A stretch of 64,000 nt of DNA, taken from NCBI GenBank assembly GCA_963789955.1, contig CAWBMV010000022.1, positions 160,001 through 224,000 on the forward strand. Direction: 5' to 3'. Positions 1 through 9,838 of the stretch are shown piece by piece. Position numbers and translations under genes: made by a program. Below the pieces are notes generated by a model. It did no database searches. It saw only the letters and a list, made by a program, of their open reading frames with translations, and was not told the DNA's origin. How positions within the stretch are numbered: the first letter of the stretch is position 1; the number at the start of each line of letters is the position of its first letter. Source of the stretch: an uncultured Candidatus Rokubacteria bacterium. GTDB taxonomy: Bacteria > Methylomirabilota > Methylomirabilia > Rokubacteriales > CSP1-6.

Positions 1-696
1 CGTCTCCTGCAGATGGTATCTCGACGCGAAGGCTTCGGTGACGTGCTCGCCGAGGGCGTCAAGCGCGCCGCCGAGAAGCTCGGCGGACCCGCCAAGGACT
101 GCGCGGTCTACATCGAGAAGGGCGCGACGCCCCGCGGCCACGACCACCGCGCGCGATGGGAGGAGATGCTCGATACGTGCACCTCGTCCACCGCGACGAT
201 GGAGACGGGCAATCCCGTGCACCCGACGGAGATCGGCCAGCCCGCGCGGATCAATCCCTTCGACGGCGAGCAGGTCGCGAAGTACGTCGCCGGGCTCCGC
301 GGGCGGCGCAGCTTCGAGGATTCGCTCGGCATCTGCATCTTCACGTCGCGTACCCGGCTCGAGAACATCTGCCGCGCGCTCTCGGCGGCGACGGGCTGGA
401 CCTTCACGGTCGAGGAAGCGCAGCGCTTCGGGCGGCGCACCGCGATCATCAATCGAGCGACCGCGCTCCGGTGCGGCCACACCGGCGCGATGGAATACCC
501 GTCGGCCCGGTACGGCTCGACCCCGGTCGACGGGCCCGCGAAGGGGCAGGCCATCCGCGCGCAGTGGGAAAAGATGCTCGACACCTGGTACGCCGAGGTC
601 GGTTTCGATCGCAAGACGGGCAAGCCGTGGCCGAAAACCCTGAAGGATCTGGGTCTCGACTGGCTCTCGAAGGACCTCTGGGGCAAGAAGTCGTAG
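1..696 (+). CDS. Aldehyde:ferredoxin oxidoreductase, C-terminal part (5' truncated by window edge)
   Basis: RREGFGDVLAEGVKRAAEKLG, DSLGICIF and a C-terminal MLDTWYAEVGFDRKTGKP..TLKDLGL segment typical of AOR C-terminal domains. Confidence 0.85.
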   Translation, partial: RLLQMVSRREGFGDVLAEGVKRAAEKLGGPAKDCAVYIEKGATPRGHDHRARWEEMLDTCTSSTATMETGNPVHPTEIGQPARINPFDGEQVAKYVAGLRGRRSFEDSLGICIFTSRTRLENICRALSAATGWTFTVEEAQRFGRRTAIINRATALRCGHTGAMEYPSARYGSTPVDGPAKGQAIRAQWEKMLDTWYAEVGFDRKTGKPWPKTLKDLGLDWLSKDLWGKKS

Positions 697-802
697 CGCG
701 CTAGAGCCGTCCCGCGAAGCCCTCCGAGCGGTCGTCCTTGACCCTCTCCGGGTCGGTGTGCTATTTGTTGGCACTTCTTTCGACACGGATCACGGGGGTC
801 CT

Positions 803-1688
803 ATGGCGCAAGTGATTGGATTTATTGGGCTCGGCATCATGGGACGCCCGATGGCCCGTAACCTATTGAAGGCCGGCTACTCCCTGGTGGTCCACAGCCG
901 GAGCCGGGGGCCGGTCGACGAGATCGCCGGGGCCGGCGCCAAAGCAGGCACCTCGCCGCGGGACGTCGCCGCCCAATGCGACGTGCTGATCACGATGCTG
1001 CCGAACTCACCCGACGTCGAGCAGGTCGTGCTCGGCCGTGACGGCGTGATCGAAGGCGCTCGGCCCGGCATGATCCTCGCTGGACATGTCCACGATCTCT
1101 CCGCTCGTCTCCCAGAAGGTCGGCGCGGCGCTCGCGGCCAAGTCCGTGAAGATGCTCGACGCGCCCGTGTCCGGCGGTGAGAAGGGCGCGATCGACGGCG
1201 CGCTGTCGATCATGGTCGGCGGTGACAAGGCGGTCTTCGACAAGGCCTTGCCGATCTTCCAGGCGATGGGGAAGACGATCACCCACCTCGGGCCGCTCGG
1301 CGCCGGCGGGTTCACCAAGCTCGCGAACCAGATCATCGTCGCGGTCAACCTGACTGCGCTCGGCGAGGCGCTGACCCTGGCCAAGAAAGCGGGGCTCGAC
1401 CGGGAGCTCACCTTGACCGCGCTGGCCGGAGGACTGGCCGGGTCGAAGTGCCTCGACCAGAAGAAGCCGAACTACCTCGCGGACACCTACAACCCGGGCT
1501 TCAAGATCGACCTGCACTACAAGGACCTCGGGCTCATCATGGAATCCGCCCGCGCGCTCGGCGTGCCGTTGCCGACGACGGCGGCGGTCCAGGAGTTGTT
1601 CAGCGCGCTCCGCGTGAAGGGGCGCGGAGGCCTCGATCACTCGGGTGTGATCACCTTGCTGGAAGACCTCGCGGGCCTCTCGAAGTGA
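803..1688 (+). CDS. garR: 2-hydroxy-3-oxopropionate (tartronate semialdehyde) reductase / 3-hydroxyisobutyrate dehydrogenase family; frameshift near 1080
   Basis: IGFIGLGIMGRPMA Rossmann motif, DAPVSGG, TKLANQ, PGFKIDLHYKDL; halves lie in ORFs 758-1180 and 1086-1688. Confidence 0.8.
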
Positions 1689-2722
1689 GGGCCACCGTCG
1701 ATCGTGCCGGGCTGGACCCTCAGGGCCGGCTTCCCAAGGTGCAGATCCGTCGAGTTCGCAAGGGCGACCTGTCGAAGGTCCGCGACGTCATGGAGCAGAC
1801 CTTCGGCGATTTCCTCGAGCGCCAGCTGGGCACGCGGCCGCGCCAGGCGTTCGGCGGCGCGCAGTACGTCCACCATCGCTGGCTCATGGAGCCGTGGGGC
1901 TGCTTCGTCGCCGAGGAAGACAGCTCGAAGATCGTCGGCGCCGCGCTCGCGGTGACGTGGGGGACCGTCGGCGTGCTCGGCCCGGTCGCCGTACTGACGA
2001 ACTATCACAATCAGACGATCGGGCAACAGCTCATCCGGGCGGCGCAGGATTTCTTCGACGAGAACAAGGCGACGCTCCACGGCTGCGTGACGTACCCGAC
2101 GAGCCCGAAGCATCTGTACCTCTACCACAAGTTCGGCTACCGGCCCAAGCAGCTGACCGCGATCATGAGCCGGGCGATCGACCGCGGACCGGCCCGCGTG
2201 GCGGCGCTGGCGAAGGCCGGGGTGAAGACGTCGCTGACGGCGCGTCGCTACTCGACGCTCGAAGAAGCGAAGAAGAAAGCCGCGCTCGCCCGGATTCACA
2301 AGATCACCAATGCGGTCTGCCGCGGCATGGATCTGGCCAAGGAGATCGAGATCGTCGAAGGCCTGGCGCTGGGCGACACCTTGCTGCTCGAGCGCGGGCG
2401 CGACCTCATCGGCTTCGCGATCTGCCACACCCCCGGTGTCAGCGAGGCGCCGGTCGGCGCCCTGTACGTGAAGTACCTCGCGATCGATCCGCCGCATCGA
2501 AAGCCCGAGCACCTCGAGCAGTTCGTGACGATCATCGAGGGATTCGGCCAGGAGCTGGGTGTGCAACGGGTGATCCTGCCCGTGTATGCTCGCTACTGGA
2601 CCGCGTACAACGTCCTCATCCAATGCGGATATCAGATCGACTTCACCATGATCCGGATGCAGCGGGGCAAGCAGGAGGACTACGAGGACCCCTCGGACCT
2701 CGTGCTCGACGACTGGCGCTGA
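1685..2722 (+). CDS. GNAT-family N-acetyltransferase (probably two domains)
   Basis: GTG overlaps the upstream TGA; GPVAVLTNYHNQTIGQQLI acetyl-CoA motif, LYHKFGYRP. Confidence 0.75.
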   Translation: MRATVDRAGLDPQGRLPKVQIRRVRKGDLSKVRDVMEQTFGDFLERQLGTRPRQAFGGAQYVHHRWLMEPWGCFVAEEDSSKIVGAALAVTWGTVGVLGPVAVLTNYHNQTIGQQLIRAAQDFFDENKATLHGCVTYPTSPKHLYLYHKFGYRPKQLTAIMSRAIDRGPARVAALAKAGVKTSLTARRYSTLEEAKKKAALARIHKITNAVCRGMDLAKEIEIVEGLALGDTLLLERGRDLIGFAICHTPGVSEAPVGALYVKYLAIDPPHRKPEHLEQFVTIIEGFGQELGVQRVILPVYARYWTAYNVLIQCGYQIDFTMIRMQRGKQEDYEDPSDLVLDDWR

Positions 2723-3097
2723 CCCGCGTCCTGGCGCGGGCGGCCGCCGCCGCTGCCCTCGTGCTGCTTCTGGCGGCGAGTACCTGAAGCGCACTCACTG
2801 CTCCTCGAGTCGTCGCCCGCCGCGGGCGCGACCCTGAGCGAAGGGCCGCCGCAGATCTCACTGCGCTTCAACAACCGCATCGAGAAGAAGCTCTCGAGCA
2901 TCCGCGTGCTCGACGAGCGGGGCGCATCGCGGCCGGCTACCGTGCTGGCGAGTGACGGCGCCGCCGACCGGCTGACCGCCGCGGTGTCCGCGCTGACGGC
3001 CGGCGCCTGGCGTGTCGAGTGGCAGGTGCTCTCGACGGACGGCCACATCGTCAGCGGTAACTTTTCGTTCCGCGTCGCGCCCTCGGCCAGGCGATGA
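2719..3097 (+). CDS. copC: CopC-like copper resistance protein; frameshift near 2785
   Basis: Signal peptide, then HSLLLESSPAAGATL...LRFNNRIE...WRVEWQVLSTDGHIVSGNFSFRV. Confidence 0.8.
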
Positions 3098-4228
3098 GTC
3101 CGGCCAGCCAGCGCCTCGCCGGCCGGGCCACCGTCGAAGGAACGCGGCGCTACGCGGACAAGCTCGCCGGACGACTGGCCGCCGGGCATTTCCGTGAGCT
3201 CGCGGGCGGAGTCGCCGCCTCGACGCTCGGCCTCGGCACCTACCTCGGCCCCGAGGACGGCGCCACGGACGTCCTCTACCAGGACGCCGCGGTTCGCGCC
3301 CTCGAGCTCGGCGTCAACCTCCTCGACACCGCGGTGAACTATCGCCACCAGCGCAGCGAGCGCGCGATCAGGACCGCGCTCGGTATCGCGATCAGTCGAG
3401 GCGTGATCCGTCGCGACGAAGTCGTGGTGGCGACGAAGGGCGGCTTCATTCCATTCGACGGGGCGGTCCCGCGCGATCCGCGCGCCTATTTCGCGGCGAC
3501 ATACGTCGAGACGGGGATCGTCAAGCCGGGCGACGTGGCGAAGGGCGGACACTGCATGACTCCGCGGTACCTTCGCGACCAGATCGACCGTAGCCGCGCC
3601 AATCTCGGCCTCGAGACGCTCGACGTCTACTACATCCACAATCCCGAGACGCAGCTCGGCGAGGTCAGCCGCGCGGAGTTCATGACCCGCATGCGCGCCG
3701 GCGTTCGGCGCGCTCGAGGAGGCGGTCGCGGCGGGGAGCATCGCGCAGTACGGGACCGCGACGTGGACCGGCTATCGCGTGGATCCAGACGATCCCGGCT
3801 ACCTCTCGCTGTCCGATCTCGTCGCCGTCGCCCAGGACGCCGGCGGAGCCGATCACCACTTCAAGGTGATCCAGCTGCCGTACAACCTCGGGATGACCGA
3901 AGCCTTCACCCGCGCGAACCAGCGAGTGAAGGACCGCGTGGTGCCGGTGCTCGAAGCCGCCCGCGAGCACGCGATCGCCGTGGTCGCCTCGGCGTCGCTC
4001 CACCAGGGGCAGCTCACGCGGTTGCCGCCGATGATGGCGGAGTACGTTCCGGGGCTCACGACCGACGCGCAGCGCGCGCTCCAGTTCGTGCGCTCGACGC
4101 CCGGCATCACCGCGGCGCTCGTCGGAATGAAAACACCGGCCCATGTCGACGAAAACGCGACGGTCGGCACGCTCGCGCCGATGGGCTGGGAGCAGTTCCA
4201 GCGCCTGTTCAGCGCGGCGGGCGGCTGA
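3094..4228 (+). CDS. Aldo/keto reductase; frameshift near 3700
   Basis: LGLGTYLG, DTAVNY, VVATKGG, LDVYYIHNPE, IQLPYNL, ALQFVRS..ALVGMKT..HVDEN. Confidence 0.85.
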
Positions 4229-4314
4229 TTCCCCGGCCTCGCCGGCCGAGGCGGCGGTGCCCGGTCGTGCCGCAAAACATTGCACAGGGCAACTGCGTCG
4301 GGTAGGGTGAACGG

Positions 4315-4774
4315 GTGATCACGCTCGAGCGTGACCCCACGCGCGCCATCGGAATCCGCCCCGCTGTCTCCGCCGTCATCTTCGACCGACGCGGCCGTCT
4401 CCTGCTCCAGCAGCGCTCCGACGGCGGACAGTGGGGCTTGCCCGGCGGCTCGGTCGAGATCGGGGAGTCGGTGCGCGAGGCCGTCGTGCGTGAAGTGCGC
4501 GAGGAGACCGGATTGACCGTCGCGGCGCGACGGCTGGTCGGCGTGTATTCCGCGCCCGCCCTCCAGCTCGTGCGCTATCCGGATGGCAACGTCTGGCACT
4601 ACGTGAGCATGTGCTTCGAGTGCACGGTGCGCAGCGGGACCTTGCAAATCGTGCGACGAGACCCTGGCGCTCGAGTATTTCCCGTTGCGGCGGCTACCGT
4701 CCACGCTCTTGGCGTACCATCGGGTTCGTATCCGCGACGCGTCCGCTCGCAAGGCCGCGCCGTTCATTCGTTGA
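4315..4774 (+). CDS. NUDIX hydrolase; frameshift near 4650
   Basis: Nudix box GGSVEIGESVREAVVREVREETG; C-terminus RDASARKAAPFIR* lies in the shifted frame. Confidence 0.85.
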
Positions 4775-4790
4775 GGGGGAAAGACGCCTG

Positions 4791-5538
4791 ATGCGACGCA
4801 TCCACCACGTCGGCATCGTCGTGAACCGGCTGCAGGACGCCTACCGTTTCTACCGCGACACGCTGGGGCTTCCGCTCATCAAGGAAGCGACGATCTCCGA
4901 CCAGCACGTGCGCGCCGCGCTGCTCGGCGCCGGCGAGAGCGAGATCGAGCTTCTCGAGCCCCTGGACTCCACGTCGGGCATCGGACGTTTTCTGGCGCGG
5001 CGAGGTGAAGGGCTCCATCACCTCTGCTTCGATACACCCGACATCGTCAAGACGCTGACCTCGCTCAAGGAAATGCGGCGTCGAGCTGCTCGACGCGGCG
5101 CCGCGGGCCGGACTCGCCGGCCAGATCGCGTTCGTCCACCCGAAGGCGTGCTGCGGCGTCCTCGTCGAGCTGGCCACGCCGTCGGCGACCACGGCTGACG
5201 TGCCGTCACCGGTCCGGCTCAAGCGCCTCGTGGTCGGCGCGGCCGACGTCCGTCGCGCCAGCGACGTGCTGCGCTCGCTGTTCGGGCTCGAGGAGGTCGC
5301 GATGAACGGCGGTCCGCGCTCGATGCTCGCGGTCGGTCGCGGCGCGGTGCTGGTGGTCCCGGCCGAGGAAGTCGGCGGGATGGAGGGGCTGGTCGCGCTC
5401 TCGATGCTGGCGGAGGATTTCCCCGCGCTGATCGAGGCGTTCACGCGCGCCGGGACCTCGGTGCTGCGCGGCACCGGCGAAGTCACGGTGCAGCCGAGCT
5501 CGAGCCACGGCGTGAACCTGCACATCAGCCGCTACTAG
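4791..5538 (+). CDS. mce: Methylmalonyl-CoA epimerase-like VOC protein with a second VOC-like domain; frameshift near 5075
   Basis: RIHHVGIVV, EIELLEP, RFLARRGEGLHHLCF, IAFVHPKACCGVLVEL. Confidence 0.75.
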
Positions 5539-5674
5539 GCGCGGCAGGCGGTCGATAACGGCCCATCTGCTTCGTTGGCGACTTCGGCTCTCGCTGCGAC
5601 GTATGCGACATACGCCTCGCGCGCGGCCTCAGCCGCTGCCTCGCATCTGAGCCCTTCTCGACCGCCTGCTGCGT
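5539..5674. repeat. REP/MITE-like intergenic element with ~17-bp terminal inverted repeats
   Basis: GCGGCAGGCGGTCGA (5541-5555) and TCGACCGCCTGCTGC (5658-5672), between convergent genes. Confidence 0.6.
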
Positions 5675-5751
5675 GCCACCTTCCGAAGAAGCAGGCTCGA
5701 TTCGCGAGAAACAGGCTCGATTCGAGGCGAATCTTGCTCTCGAAGCTCGCG

Positions 5752-7432
5752 TTAGTCGGGACGGCGGATGGCGGCGACCGGGGTGGGGAACTCGTCGGGA
5801 TCGATCGGGATCTCGATGATCGCGGGCGAGTTCTCGGATAGCGCTTTCTGGACGGTATCGCCGACCTGGTCGGGGTGCTCGACGTAGTAGCCGGCGGCAC
5901 CGAACAGGCGAGCGAACTGGTCGTAGCGCGGATTGCCGATGTCGCAGCCGATGTAGCGGCCGGCGTAGAAATGTTTCTGGTACGCCTTCTCCGATCCCCA
6001 GCAGTTGTTGTTCATCACGATCGTCACGACGCCGATGCGGTGCCTGACCGCGGTCTCGATCTCTTGTGAGTTCATCAGGTAGCCGCCGTCGCCGTGGATG
6101 GCGACCACCGGAGCGTCCGGGCGGCCGAGCTTGGCGCCCAGCGCCACCGGAAACGCGAAGCCGAGCCCGCCGAGATCGAGCGGCGTCAGGAACGTGCGCG
6201 GCCGCGCGAAGCTCAGGCGGTCGTATCCGTAGGCCGGCGCGGCCCCCGCGTCGAGCGCCACGATCGTCTCCGGCGGGAGCGCGCGACGCAGCTCCGCGTA
6301 GACTCGCTGCGGCTTCATCGGCGTGACCGAGAGCGCTTCCTCGGACGCGAGCCGCGCCTGGCGCTGCGCGCGGAGCGTCTCGGCTTCCTGAATCCAGGAC
6401 TCATGGCGCGCCGGACCGCCCTCCCGAGCCAGCGCGCCCAGCAGGGCCTGACACGTCTCGCGCGCGTCGGCGTGGATGCCCACGGCCACCGGATAGTAGC
6501 GTCCGATGTCGCGCGCCTCGATGTCGACCTGGATGAGCGCCGTGCCGGCGCGGATGTAGCGGTCGTCGAACTGCGTCGTGAACTGAGCGAGGCGCGAGCC
6601 GATGGCCACGATCACGTCCGCTCTGCGGCACGCCGCGGCCGCCTCGGGCGCGCCGGCGCGGCCGAGCGGGCCGAGATACCAGGGATGCGTGTTGGGAACG
6701 GCGTCGTTCCGGCCGTACGCCGTGATCATGGGGATCCCGTAGCGCTCGCTGAGCTCGACCACCAGCTCGTTGGCGCCGGCGCGGTTCGCGCCTCCGCCGA
6801 CGAGCAGAAGCGGACGCTCGGCCTGCCGGAGGCAGTCGTGCCGCTTCGCGGACGGCATCCGGATGCGGCGGCTGCGCGTGAGTGACCCGGTAGCTTCCGG
6901 GCGACAGGGCCGCCGCCGCCGGGAGCTTGCCGCTCAGCACGTCGCGTGGGATCTCGACGAAGACCGGGCCCGGGCGACCGCTCATCGCCGCGCGGAGCGC
7001 GCCTCGCAGGAGCTCCGGGATGCGCGCCGACTTGTTGATCTGGATCGCCTGCTTCGTCACCGGCCGGAACATGCCGACCAGGTCGTACTCCTGGAACGCG
7101 TCTTTCTGATAGTGATCGAGCGCGATCCCGCCGACGATGACGACGACCGGCGAGTGGGCGACGTGTGCCGCGGCCACGCCGGTGAGGAGATTGGTGGCAC
7201 CGGGTCCGCTCGTCACCAGGCACACGCCGGGCAGGTCGGTGACGCGCGCCAGGCCATCGGCCATGAAGGCCGCGGCCTGCTCGTGGCGGACATTGATGTA
7301 CTCGACGCTCGTGTCGTCGTAGAGCCTGTCGAGGACGTCCAGAAACGTCGAGCCCACAATTCCGAAAATGTGACGAACGCCCTCGGCCTTCAGCAGCTCT
7401 ACGACCGCCCGCCCACCGGTCCAGTCGTCCAT
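5752..7432 (-). CDS. Thiamine-pyrophosphate-dependent enzyme (acetolactate synthase family, Xsc-like); frameshift near 6835
   Basis: FGIVGS, VRHEQAAAFMADG, TSGPGATN, TPP motif HGDGGYLM...NNNCWGSEK. Confidence 0.85.
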
Positions 7433-7568
7433 GTGCCCGCGCCTCCTGTGCGTCTCCGCGCCGCCTCGTCCGGCGGGCGCGCCACAGGATACCGGCTCAC
7501 CCGCCGTAAACAAAGTCAGACGGCGGGTCGTCGTACGGCCAGATAGTTTCGCAAGGAGGCTTTCCAAT

Positions 7569-8090
7569 ATGAGACGCCTGCAGCGCACGATTGGCATGAT
7601 GGCTTTGCTCCTGCTCGGGATCGGCGTGTCCGCCGCCCAGGCGGAGCCCCAGTTCGCCGGCTCCTGGGTCCTCGACCGTTCCCAGAGCCAGTTTCCCAAG
7701 CACGAGGGCCGGACGCAGACGGCGCCTGACGCTCAGCGTCAACCGCCCCAGGTCACGCTCGTGGTCGCCCAGCAGGGCAATACGCTGAAGGTCACACGGA
7801 CCTTCGTCATGGGTACGCACGAGCGCTCGTCGACCGACCTCGTCGTCGCCGACGGCTCCGACAAGATCGAAACGGGCTACCGCGGTACCGCGACAGTCCG
7901 TTCGGCCTTCGACGGCGACCGCCTGGTCATCACCCATACCCGCACGAAGAAGACCGACCAGGGCGACCAGACCAGGACCCGGCAGTCCGTGTGGACGCTC
8001 TCGCCCGACGGTCGAGTCCTGACGATCGACACCACCATGCACAGCCCGCGTGGCGACCACGCGATGAAGACCGTGTACCAGCGCAGCTGA
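7569..8090 (+). CDS. Secreted hypothetical protein, probable lipocalin-like beta-barrel
   Basis: AAGGAGG RBS, signal peptide, FAGSWVLDRSQS, WTLSPDGRVLTI. Confidence 0.65.
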   Translation: MRRLQRTIGMMALLLLGIGVSAAQAEPQFAGSWVLDRSQSQFPKHEGRTQTAPDAQRQPPQVTLVVAQQGNTLKVTRTFVMGTHERSSTDLVVADGSDKIETGYRGTATVRSAFDGDRLVITHTRTKKTDQGDQTRTRQSVWTLSPDGRVLTIDTTMHSPRGDHAMKTVYQRS

Positions 8091-8107
8091 TTCCACAACG
8101 ACCCACC

Positions 8108-8140
8108 AGAGCCGCCCTCCCTCGGGGGCGGCTCTTTCTT
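8108..8140 (+). terminator. Intrinsic terminator
   Basis: AGAGCCGCCC-loop-GGGCGGCTCT hairpin followed by TTCTT. Confidence 0.7.
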
Positions 8141-8190
8141 GCTCGCGATCGTCTCCATGAGTTTCTTGTCGCCGATGCCCCGCGACGACT

Positions 8191-9789
8191 ATGCTGCGCT
8201 GGGCGATGATGTCGATCCGGACGGCGGCAACCTCGGGTATTCGGCGACGAGATTTCGTGGCCGGCGGGCTCGCGCTCGGTGTCACGCACGCCGCGCCATC
8301 GTTCGTCCGCCGCCTCGCGGCCCAGCCGCGACTGCCGGGTCCGCCGTTCACGCTCGGTGTCGCCTCCGGCTATCCCACCGCGACAGGCGTGGTGCTCTGG
8401 ACACGCCTGGCTCCGTCGCCGCTCATGCCCGGAGGCGGCATGCCGCCCGAGGTCGTGCCGTGCGAATGGGAAGTGGCGACCGACGAGCGTATGGCGAAAG
8501 TCGTCCAGCGCGGCGTCGCCGCCGCCACACCCGCGTTCGCACACGCGGTCCACGTCGAGGTGGAGAGCCTCGAGCCGGCGCGCTGGTACTGGTATCGATT
8601 TCGCGCCGGCGGTGAGGTGAGTCCGGTCGGCCGGACGCGCACCGCGCCCGTCGCGAGCGAGAACAACGAGCGCCTGCGGTTCGCCTTCGCCTCCTGCCAG
8701 CAATACGAGCAGGGCTACTTCACCGCGTACCGGCACATGGTCGCCGACGACCTCGACCTGATCGTGCACCTCGGCGACTACATCTACGAAGCGTCGTGGG
8801 GTCAAGACCACGTGCGCAAGCACGGCGCCCCGGAGCCGCACACGCTCGACGACTACCGGATCCGGCACGCGCTCTACAAGACCGATCCCGACCTTCGCGC
8901 CGCGCACGCGGCCTGTCCATGGCTCCTCACGTGGGACGATCACGAGGTCCAGAACGACTACGCGAACGACCGCTCGGAGCATCTGGACACGCCGCAGTGG
9001 TTCCTCGAGCGTCGCGCCGCCGCCTACCGTGCGTACTACGAGCACATGCCGTTGCGCCGGCAGATGGTGCCGTACGGGCCGCACATGCGCCTGTTCACCC
9101 GGGCCACGTTCGGCCGGCTGGTGCAATTTCACATGCTCGACGATCGGCAATACCGCTCGCATCAGCCGTGTGCTCCGCCGGGCCGCGGCGGAGCCAACGT
9201 CGTCGAAGATTGCCCGGCGCGGCTCGACCCGCGTCTCACGATGCTCGGCGACGCCCAGGAGCAATGGCTCTCGGCGGGCCTCGACCGGTCGCCGGCGCGC
9301 TGGAACGTGATCGGGCAGCAAACGCTGATGGCCCAGCTCGACCGCAAGCCCGGACCCGGCCAGCAGTTCTGGACCGACGGTTGGGACGGCTATCCCGCGC
9401 CTCGACGGCGCCTGCTCGACTATCTCGGGCAGCGCAAGCCGGCCAATCCGATCGTCATCGGCGGTGACGTGCACTCGTTCTGGGTGGCCGATCTCAAGCC
9501 GGACTTCGACGATCCACGCTCGCCGGTGGTGGCCTCGGAGTTCGTCGGCACCTCGATCACGTCACAGTTCAGGACCCGCCAGGAAAACGTCGACGCGCTG
9601 CTGCCCGACAACCCGCACATTCGACTCGGCAATGGCTCTCGGCGCGGCTACGTGCGCATGGAGATCACGCCGCAGCGGCTGCGCGCCGACCTGCGCACGG
9701 TGCGGAGCGTCACCCGGCCGGGCGCCGAGGCCGACACGCTGGCCACCTTCGTAGTCGAGGACGGACGGCCCGGCGCGGTCCGCGGGTAG
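8191..9789 (+). CDS. phoD: Alkaline phosphatase D, Tat-exported
   Basis: RRRDFV Tat motif, FTLGVASG, FASCQ, HLGDYIYE, WDDHEVQNDY, DGWDGY, GGDVH. Confidence 0.95.
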   Translation: MLRWAMMSIRTAATSGIRRRDFVAGGLALGVTHAAPSFVRRLAAQPRLPGPPFTLGVASGYPTATGVVLWTRLAPSPLMPGGGMPPEVVPCEWEVATDERMAKVVQRGVAAATPAFAHAVHVEVESLEPARWYWYRFRAGGEVSPVGRTRTAPVASENNERLRFAFASCQQYEQGYFTAYRHMVADDLDLIVHLGDYIYEASWGQDHVRKHGAPEPHTLDDYRIRHALYKTDPDLRAAHAACPWLLTWDDHEVQNDYANDRSEHLDTPQWFLERRAAAYRAYYEHMPLRRQMVPYGPHMRLFTRATFGRLVQFHMLDDRQYRSHQPCAPPGRGGANVVEDCPARLDPRLTMLGDAQEQWLSAGLDRSPARWNVIGQQTLMAQLDRKPGPGQQFWTDGWDGYPAPRRRLLDYLGQRKPANPIVIGGDVHSFWVADLKPDFDDPRSPVVASEFVGTSITSQFRTRQENVDALLPDNPHIRLGNGSRRGYVRMEITPQRLRADLRTVRSVTRPGAEADTLATFVVEDGRPGAVRG

Positions 9790-9838
9790 CCTCCGATGGC
9801 CCACGCGGGACAATAGGGGTACTCTGAAGCCCCGAGCC

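Noticed and set aside
769..784. Sigma-54 promoter upstream of garR (TGGCAC...)
   Set aside because: There is no GC at the -12 position.
2785..2787. TGA in copC as a second selenocysteine codon
   Set aside because: The downstream CopC sequence is in a different frame, so this is an indel and not readthrough.
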